This document shows, one piece after another, positions 59,038-64,000 of a stretch of 64,000 nucleotides of DNA. Below the pieces are notes generated by a model, which saw nothing but the letters and a program-made list of their open reading frames with translations, did not search any database and had not been told where the DNA came from. Numbering within the stretch: position 1 is the stretch's first letter; each line of letters begins with the position of its first letter. Location: the NCBI GenBank assembly GCA_963662515.1, contig OY759675.1, forward strand, positions 965,473 to 1,029,472, in the 5' to 3' direction. Source of the stretch: Sedimentisphaerales bacterium. GTDB taxonomy: Bacteria; Planctomycetota; Phycisphaerae; Sedimentisphaerales; SM23-30. The position numbers and the translations under genes are program-made.

Positions 59038-60354
59038 ATGAAAAAAGCCATTATCTGGTTATTTGTTGCTTTGGCATTGACTATTGGTCTGGAAATATTC
59101 TCTGGCAGCAATAGCAGAGTTTTGGCCGATGATAATTTTGCCCAATACAATAATGGTAAGTTGCGTTTGGTTGTTGTCGGGTCCTCAGTTGCTTATGGAT
59201 CAGGTGCGACAGAAGATAGAGGATGGGCCTATATGCTTAAAGAAGAGCTTCAGGCCAGTGGTCGTTGGGAAGTTATTAATAAAAGTATAGGTGGTAATCG
59301 TACCAGTGATGTGCTGGGCCGACTCGATCGTGATGTCTTGGTCTATAACCCTGATATTGTGGTAGTTGGCTTATCTCTGGCTAATGAGGGGCTTGCCGGC
59401 AATGCGGATGTCCAGGAAGTATATACCAGCTATAGAAACGGCCTTAAAAAGATAATTCAGGTATTGCAGGCCAATGATATAGTGCCAGTTATCTGCAATT
59501 GCTACCCAAATTCAGGTTATGACCAGTTGAAGTATGACCTGATATGTCAGATGAATCGGGAGATAGCTTCATGGCCGGTTGCCAGTATTAACTTTCTGTC
59601 TGCCACTGACGATGGTCATGGGCGATGGGTAGAAGGATATTTGAAAGATGGCGGTCACCCTAATGATGCAGGTCACAGGGAGATGTTTTATAACATTCCC
59701 GGTTCTCTTTTTGACAATTATATCGGTTCTTCACCAGCAGGTTCACTAACAATGCAGAATTCAGGCTGGCTGACAAGATCAGGCAAATCCGGCGTTATGC
59801 CCCTGAATTGTTCTGTAAAAAAACCATTGCACTCTTATACAATCTATTTTGAATTTATGGCCGAATCAGATAGTTCTGAAACCATAATGGATATCGACAG
59901 TAATGGTAAAATAGTTGTTGATGAACAGGGGCGGCTCACATATCTTACAGGCGAAGAGAAAATAGTAAGCAATGTATCAATAACTCCGGGCAGAATGAAC
60001 CAGATAGCTCTTAACTGCTCTTACAGCCAGGAAAAGGCCTCGTTCTATATCAATGGTGAACTTATCGGCAATTGCCATTACAGACAGTCTGAGGTGGATT
60101 CATTTGGCCTGGGCCAAAATGAGCAGGAAAGTGGCTGCGAAGTAAAATATCGTAATATTATTATATATCGAGGGGCACTGTCTCATTCGGAGATGCTCTC
60201 ACTCTTTGCCGGGAATATCGGTCAGTCCAGTCTGGAACTATTTTCACCTCTGAATGATCCGATAACTTCCAGGGGTATAAGATTGATCAATCTGGCACCC
60301 ACCAGCAGCAATTTCAGGATAGAGGATGATAACTATTCCTTCAGTACATATTGA
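59038..60354 (+). CDS. secreted SGNH/GDSL hydrolase fused to a LamG/concanavalin-like domain
   Basis: Signal peptide. Block I VVVGSSVAYGSG, block III GGN, block V GGHPNDAGH. C-terminal half has LamG-like beta-sandwich character (inferred). Confidence 0.65.
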   Translation: MKKAIIWLFVALALTIGLEIFSGSNSRVLADDNFAQYNNGKLRLVVVGSSVAYGSGATEDRGWAYMLKEELQASGRWEVINKSIGGNRTSDVLGRLDRDVLVYNPDIVVVGLSLANEGLAGNADVQEVYTSYRNGLKKIIQVLQANDIVPVICNCYPNSGYDQLKYDLICQMNREIASWPVASINFLSATDDGHGRWVEGYLKDGGHPNDAGHREMFYNIPGSLFDNYIGSSPAGSLTMQNSGWLTRSGKSGVMPLNCSVKKPLHSYTIYFEFMAESDSSETIMDIDSNGKIVVDEQGRLTYLTGEEKIVSNVSITPGRMNQIALNCSYSQEKASFYINGELIGNCHYRQSEVDSFGLGQNEQESGCEVKYRNIIIYRGALSHSEMLSLFAGNIGQSSLELFSPLNDPITSRGIRLINLAPTSSNFRIEDDNYSFSTY

Positions 60355-60594
60355 GCAGGGATAGCGTGTGCTATTGGTTATGACAGGTCTTGAACTGCAA
60401 GAGGCTAAACAAAAGCATGGTTCGCGGGGTTGTTATCAGTACTGATAATGGCGGTTGAACTATAATAAATGTTCGAGATTAAGGCATATAATATCCAAAA
60501 ATAACAGTTAGAGACTGTCTGGTGTGGCTATATCTTATTGCAAGGTAATGAGTTATGGCATATTACTTTTTTTGGTGATTCTTAAATTTTATAG

Positions 60595-60623
60595 TTGACG
60601 CCTAACTGGTACTGCCATATAAT
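60595..60623 (+). promoter_or_regulatory. sigma70-like promoter about 300 nt upstream of rpsJ
   Basis: TTGACG (60595-60600), 17 nt spacer, TATAAT (60618-60623). Confidence 0.5.
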
Positions 60624-60789
60624 GCTACATCTCAACTGAAGCGAGCGGAATTGACTGCGTAAAGTGAAGGTTGAGTGAAGAGCGCATAATTTTTGGACGA
60701 AAATTTTAATCGCAATTTACTCATCTTGTTTTTTTAGTGGTTTCTCCCTCGTTATTTAAGATTTAGCTTAGAAATAAGTTATTTAGATA

Positions 60790-60818
60790 TTGACAAAAAG
60801 TCTTCAGATTGGTACTAT
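60790..60818 (+). promoter_or_regulatory. second sigma70-like promoter upstream of rpsJ
   Basis: TTGACA (60790-60795), 17 nt spacer, TACTAT (60813-60818). The leader hairpin TGCCTGTT-GCGT-AAACAGGCA follows. Confidence 0.5.
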
Positions 60819-60901
60819 TACGGGTCTGTAGAGTTTTTGCCTGTTGCGTAAACAGGCATCATAAGAAATATAAACCGTTGCTAGATATGGAGTTGGCTTA
60901 A

Positions 60902-61210
60902 GTGGAAGCCGAAAAGATTAGAATAAGGATGGAAGCGTACGACCATAAAGCTCTTGATGCTTCAGCAAAAGAGATAGTCGAACAGGCGCTTCGTACCAAT
61001 GCTCGTGTTAGCGGACCGGTCCCTCTTCCAACGCGTATCGAAAGATACACGGTTCTTCGCTCTCCTCACATTGACAAAAAGTCTCGTGAGCAGTTCGAGA
61101 TGAGAACACACAAGAGATTGATCGATATCTATAACGCAAACCCGCATACTGTTGAGGCGTTGAATCGTCTGGTGGTACCTGCGGGTGTTTTCGTCAAGAT
61201 TCGTGTCTGA
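60902..61210 (+). CDS. rpsJ: 30S ribosomal protein S10
   Basis: [15 protein letters not shown]...[27 protein letters not shown] start. Confidence 0.95.
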   Translation: MEAEKIRIRMEAYDHKALDASAKEIVEQALRTNARVSGPVPLPTRIERYTVLRSPHIDKKSREQFEMRTHKRLIDIYNANPHTVEALNRLVVPAGVFVKIRV

Positions 61211-61269
61211 CGGAAGCAACGAGTAAGTACGTTAACGGTAAAAAAGGTTACAAAACAGGAAGTATTTAA

Positions 61270-61917
61270 ATGATGCTTTTAGGCAAAAAAGTCGGCATGA
61301 GCAAGATGTATGATGAGAAGGGCGTATCAGTGCCTGTTACCCTCATACAGGCTGGACCTTGTGCAGTTCTTCAGGTAAAGACACCTGAAACTGATGGGTA
61401 TCATGCTGTCCAGATAGGTTTTGATGATGTTAAAGAGAATCGTCGCAAGAAACCTGAAGTCGGTCACGCCGCTAAGGCAAACGCCGTACAGAAGGCTTTT
61501 ATTCGCGAAGATCGTCTCAAGGCAGCTTCAGAATATACAGTAGGTCAGGAATTGACAGTATCTATCTTTGAAGAGATCAAGTATGTAGATGTTACAGGCA
61601 CCAGCAAAGGTAAAGGTTTTGCCGGTGTAATGAAGCGTCACCACTTCAAGGGTATGGACGGTTCACATGGTTGCGAGCGTATGCATCGTCACGGTGGTAG
61701 TATCGGTAGCGGCTCAGCCAGCAGAGGTACAAGTCGTGCGGTTCGTAAGGGTCGTAAGATGAGCGGTCACATGGGTGCAGAGCGTTGCACAGTCAAAAAC
61801 CTCAAGATAATGGGTATTGATACAGTTAACAATCTGATAATAGTTAAAGGTGCTGTAGTAGGTGCTAATAACGGTTATGTGATGGTTAAGAAGGCCAAGA
61901 CCAGCAAGAATAACTGA
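61270..61917 (+). CDS. rplC: 50S ribosomal protein L3
   Basis: LLGKKVGMSKMYDEKG...VTGTSKGKGFAGVMKRH. Confidence 0.95.
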   Translation: MMLLGKKVGMSKMYDEKGVSVPVTLIQAGPCAVLQVKTPETDGYHAVQIGFDDVKENRRKKPEVGHAAKANAVQKAFIREDRLKAASEYTVGQELTVSIFEEIKYVDVTGTSKGKGFAGVMKRHHFKGMDGSHGCERMHRHGGSIGSGSASRGTSRAVRKGRKMSGHMGAERCTVKNLKIMGIDTVNNLIIVKGAVVGANNGYVMVKKAKTSKNN

Positions 61918-61965
61918 TGCAGCTGTTCTGATGAGCAGCCAGGCAAATAAGGTATAGTATAAGAA

Positions 61966-62601
61966 ATGGCAATAACTATGATAGAGTTACCAGTTTACAA
62001 TCGTGAAGGCAAGGAGCTTGAGAAAGTTCAGATCGATCCGGCCGTATTAGGCTCGGTAGTTCGCTCTGCACTGTTGAAGCAGGCTATTGTTATGTATCAC
62101 GCCAATAAGCGTCAGGGAACAGGAGCCAATCGTGGCCGTGGCGACAAGGCCGGTTCAACCCGTAAGCTGTATAAGCAAAAGGGTACGGGCCGTGCTCGTG
62201 CCGGTAATAACCGTACACCGCTGCGTAAAGGTGGTGGTGTGTGCTTTTCTAAGTATGCACGCGATTTTTCGCACCGCATGCCTAAGAAGCAGCGTCGTCT
62301 GGCTCGTAACAGTGCTATACTGTCTAAGCTCAAGACAAATGATGTGATGGTTATAGATAAGCTGGAATTCGCAGCACCTAAGACAAAAGAGTTTGTTGCG
62401 ATCCTGAAGAATCTGAACATCACTCGCAGTTGCCTGATCGCAGTTGAAGATCATAATCTCAATGTATATAAGTCAGTAAGAAACATACCGACTATGGAGA
62501 TCCTGGAAGTGGATCAGCTTAACGCCGGTGATATTTGCAACAAGCGTAAGCTGCTGTTGACCAAGAAATCACTGGAATGTCTGGTAAGTGTGTCAAACTG
62601 A
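61966..62601 (+). CDS. rplD: 50S ribosomal protein L4
   Basis: KQKGTGRARAGNNRTPLRKGGG motif. Position in the S10 operon. Confidence 0.95.
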   Translation: MAITMIELPVYNREGKELEKVQIDPAVLGSVVRSALLKQAIVMYHANKRQGTGANRGRGDKAGSTRKLYKQKGTGRARAGNNRTPLRKGGGVCFSKYARDFSHRMPKKQRRLARNSAILSKLKTNDVMVIDKLEFAAPKTKEFVAILKNLNITRSCLIAVEDHNLNVYKSVRNIPTMEILEVDQLNAGDICNKRKLLLTKKSLECLVSVSN

Positions 62602-62636
62602 AGTAATAATAACCTGTTAAACAGAGGTTAATAAAA

Positions 62637-62915
62637 GTGGATAAGTATCAGGTAATAGTAAGACCGTTAATCACAGAAAAAGGAACAACACAGCAGACAT
62701 TTGCTAATGCTTATCCTTTTGAAGTTGATAAGGCTGCCACCAAGATAGATATCAAGGCAGCGATCGAAGAGATATACGGCGTAAAAGTAAAAGATGTAAG
62801 AACAATGATCCGCAAAGGCAAGCCTTGCCGTCGCGGTTACTTCCAGGGTCATAAGCCCAGTTGGAAGAGAGCCATTGTTGTGCTTGAAGCAGATAATGTA
62901 ATTGATCTGTTTTAA
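62637..62915 (+). CDS. rplW: 50S ribosomal protein L23
   Basis: VIVRPLITEKGT...FEVDKAATKIDIKAAIEEIYGVKV. GTG start. Confidence 0.95.
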   Translation: MDKYQVIVRPLITEKGTTQQTFANAYPFEVDKAATKIDIKAAIEEIYGVKVKDVRTMIRKGKPCRRGYFQGHKPSWKRAIVVLEADNVIDLF

Positions 62916-62979
62916 TATAGTAAGTTAAGTAGTGGGCCCTTTATGGGTTGGGTTCACACAGTAATTAAGGAAAGTATAA

Positions 62980-63831
62980 ATGGGTATTCGCGTTTATAAA
63001 CCTACCAGTGCTGGTAGAAGAAATGCTTCGGTAAATGATTACGCCGAAATAACCAAGACCAGCCCCGAAAAGACACTGGTAAAGCGTATCAAGAAGCATG
63101 GTGGTCGTAACCACAGCGGTAAGACAACCGTTCGCTTCCGTGGCGGTGGTGCTCGTCGTATATATCGTATGGTTGACTTCAAGCGTCTTAAAGACAATGT
63201 CGTAGCCAAGGTAGTTGCTATTGAGTACGATCCAAACCGTACTTGTCATATTGCTCTGCTTCAGTATGCAGATGATACCAAGAGCTACATATTGGCACCT
63301 CTGGGCCTCAAGGTCGGTGAAGAACTTGAATCAGGCGACAGAGTTGAGCCAAAAGTTGGTAACTGTATGCCATTAAAGAACATCCCTAACGGTATGGAAG
63401 TTCACAATGTTGAGCTTAACCCCGGACAGGGCGGCAGATTGGTTCGTTCTGCCGGTTCTGTAGCTAAGATCGCTGGTAAAGAAGAAAAGTATGTTACTTT
63501 GATAATGCCCAGCGGTGAAATGAGAATGGTTCGTTCTGATTGCCGGGCTACTATCGGTCAGATAGGTAATACCGAGCATCAGTTGGTTATAATCGGTAAG
63601 GCTGGTCGTAAGCGTCACATGGGTCGTAAGCCGCATGTTCGCGGTAAGGCAATGAACCCTGTAGATCACCCAATGGGTGGTGGTGAAGGTAGAAGCAACG
63701 GTGGTCGTCACCCCTGTTCACCTACCGGCTTGCTGGCTAAGGGTGGAAAAACCCGTGCTAAACGCAAGGTCAGTAATAAGCATATCATTCGTAGAAGAAA
63801 GAGTAAACATTACGGTCAGTTGGTGCTGTAA
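62980..63831 (+). CDS. rplB: 50S ribosomal protein L2
   Basis: [16 protein letters not shown]...[14 protein letters not shown]. Confidence 0.95.
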   Translation: MGIRVYKPTSAGRRNASVNDYAEITKTSPEKTLVKRIKKHGGRNHSGKTTVRFRGGGARRIYRMVDFKRLKDNVVAKVVAIEYDPNRTCHIALLQYADDTKSYILAPLGLKVGEELESGDRVEPKVGNCMPLKNIPNGMEVHNVELNPGQGGRLVRSAGSVAKIAGKEEKYVTLIMPSGEMRMVRSDCRATIGQIGNTEHQLVIIGKAGRKRHMGRKPHVRGKAMNPVDHPMGGGEGRSNGGRHPCSPTGLLAKGGKTRAKRKVSNKHIIRRRKSKHYGQLVL

Positions 63832-63871
63832 AGCGGCTAAGATCGCATAATATTGTTAAAAGGAATCGGCT

Positions 63872-64000
63872 ATGTCTCGTTCACTTAAAAAAGGCCCTTT
63901 TGTTGACGAAAAACTCTTCAAAAAGGTAATGAAGCTGGAAGAAACCGGCAAAAAAGATGCAATCAAAACCTGGGCTCGTCGCTCTACTATAGTGCCTGAG
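63872..64000 (+). CDS. rpsS: 30S ribosomal protein S19 (3' end outside the window)
   Basis: [19 protein letters not shown]...[11 protein letters not shown]. Runs to the window edge. Confidence 0.9.
   Translation, partial: MSRSLKKGPFVDEKLFKKVMKLEETGKKDAIKTWARRSTIVPE

Noticed and set aside
56835-60500. Integrated mobile element at tRNA-Leu with att duplication.
   Set aside because: No integrase, transposase or direct repeat of the tRNA 3' end was found by eye. Reported only as a low-interest compositional observation.

Overview
This is a 64 kb bacterial chromosomal segment of moderate GC with dense coding on both strands. I cannot identify the organism. The gene content suggests an anaerobic, flagellated, polysaccharide-degrading bacterium, possibly PVC-like, based on a dockerin/TSP3 pectate-lyase-like protein, a pseudopilin-like motif in a membrane protein, and fermentative redox genes. 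Housekeeping genes include ligA, cinA, der, etfBA plus an acyl-CoA dehydrogenase, glnS, bioD-bioA, priA, psd, tRNA-Leu(UAG), fliC, and the start of the S10 ribosomal operon (rpsJ-rplC-rplD-rplW-rplB-rpsS). The most coherent system is a co-directional redox island at 37.3-45.9 kb. It contains adhE, a translationally coupled HydS/Hfs-type module (small 2Fe-2S protein, PAS-containing sensory [FeFe]-hydrogenase homologue, PP2C phosphatase, second small 2Fe-2S protein, catalytic-type [FeFe] hydrogenase), and then rex. Other points worth a second look:
- A topoisomerase VI A (Spo11-like) gene with no B subunit anywhere in the window.
- An AbrB-PIN toxin-antitoxin cassette sitting exactly between two halves of a duplicated 3' end and flank of the neighbouring S9 peptidase gene.
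- A family of short intergenic repeats built on TCCTAT/GGTCYT (ATAGGA/AGGACC on the other strand), with a shared GGACCAATAG...CTATTGGTCC hairpin, at four or more loci.
- An MsbA-like ABC exporter with a large PDZ-like extracytoplasmic insert.
- A stand-alone central fragment of a GspF/PilC platform protein.
- A fliC leader whose Shine-Dalgarno is sequestered in a hairpin.
All calls rest on reading the supplied ORF translations and the DNA by eye. No database search, HMM, folding energy or composition statistic was computed.
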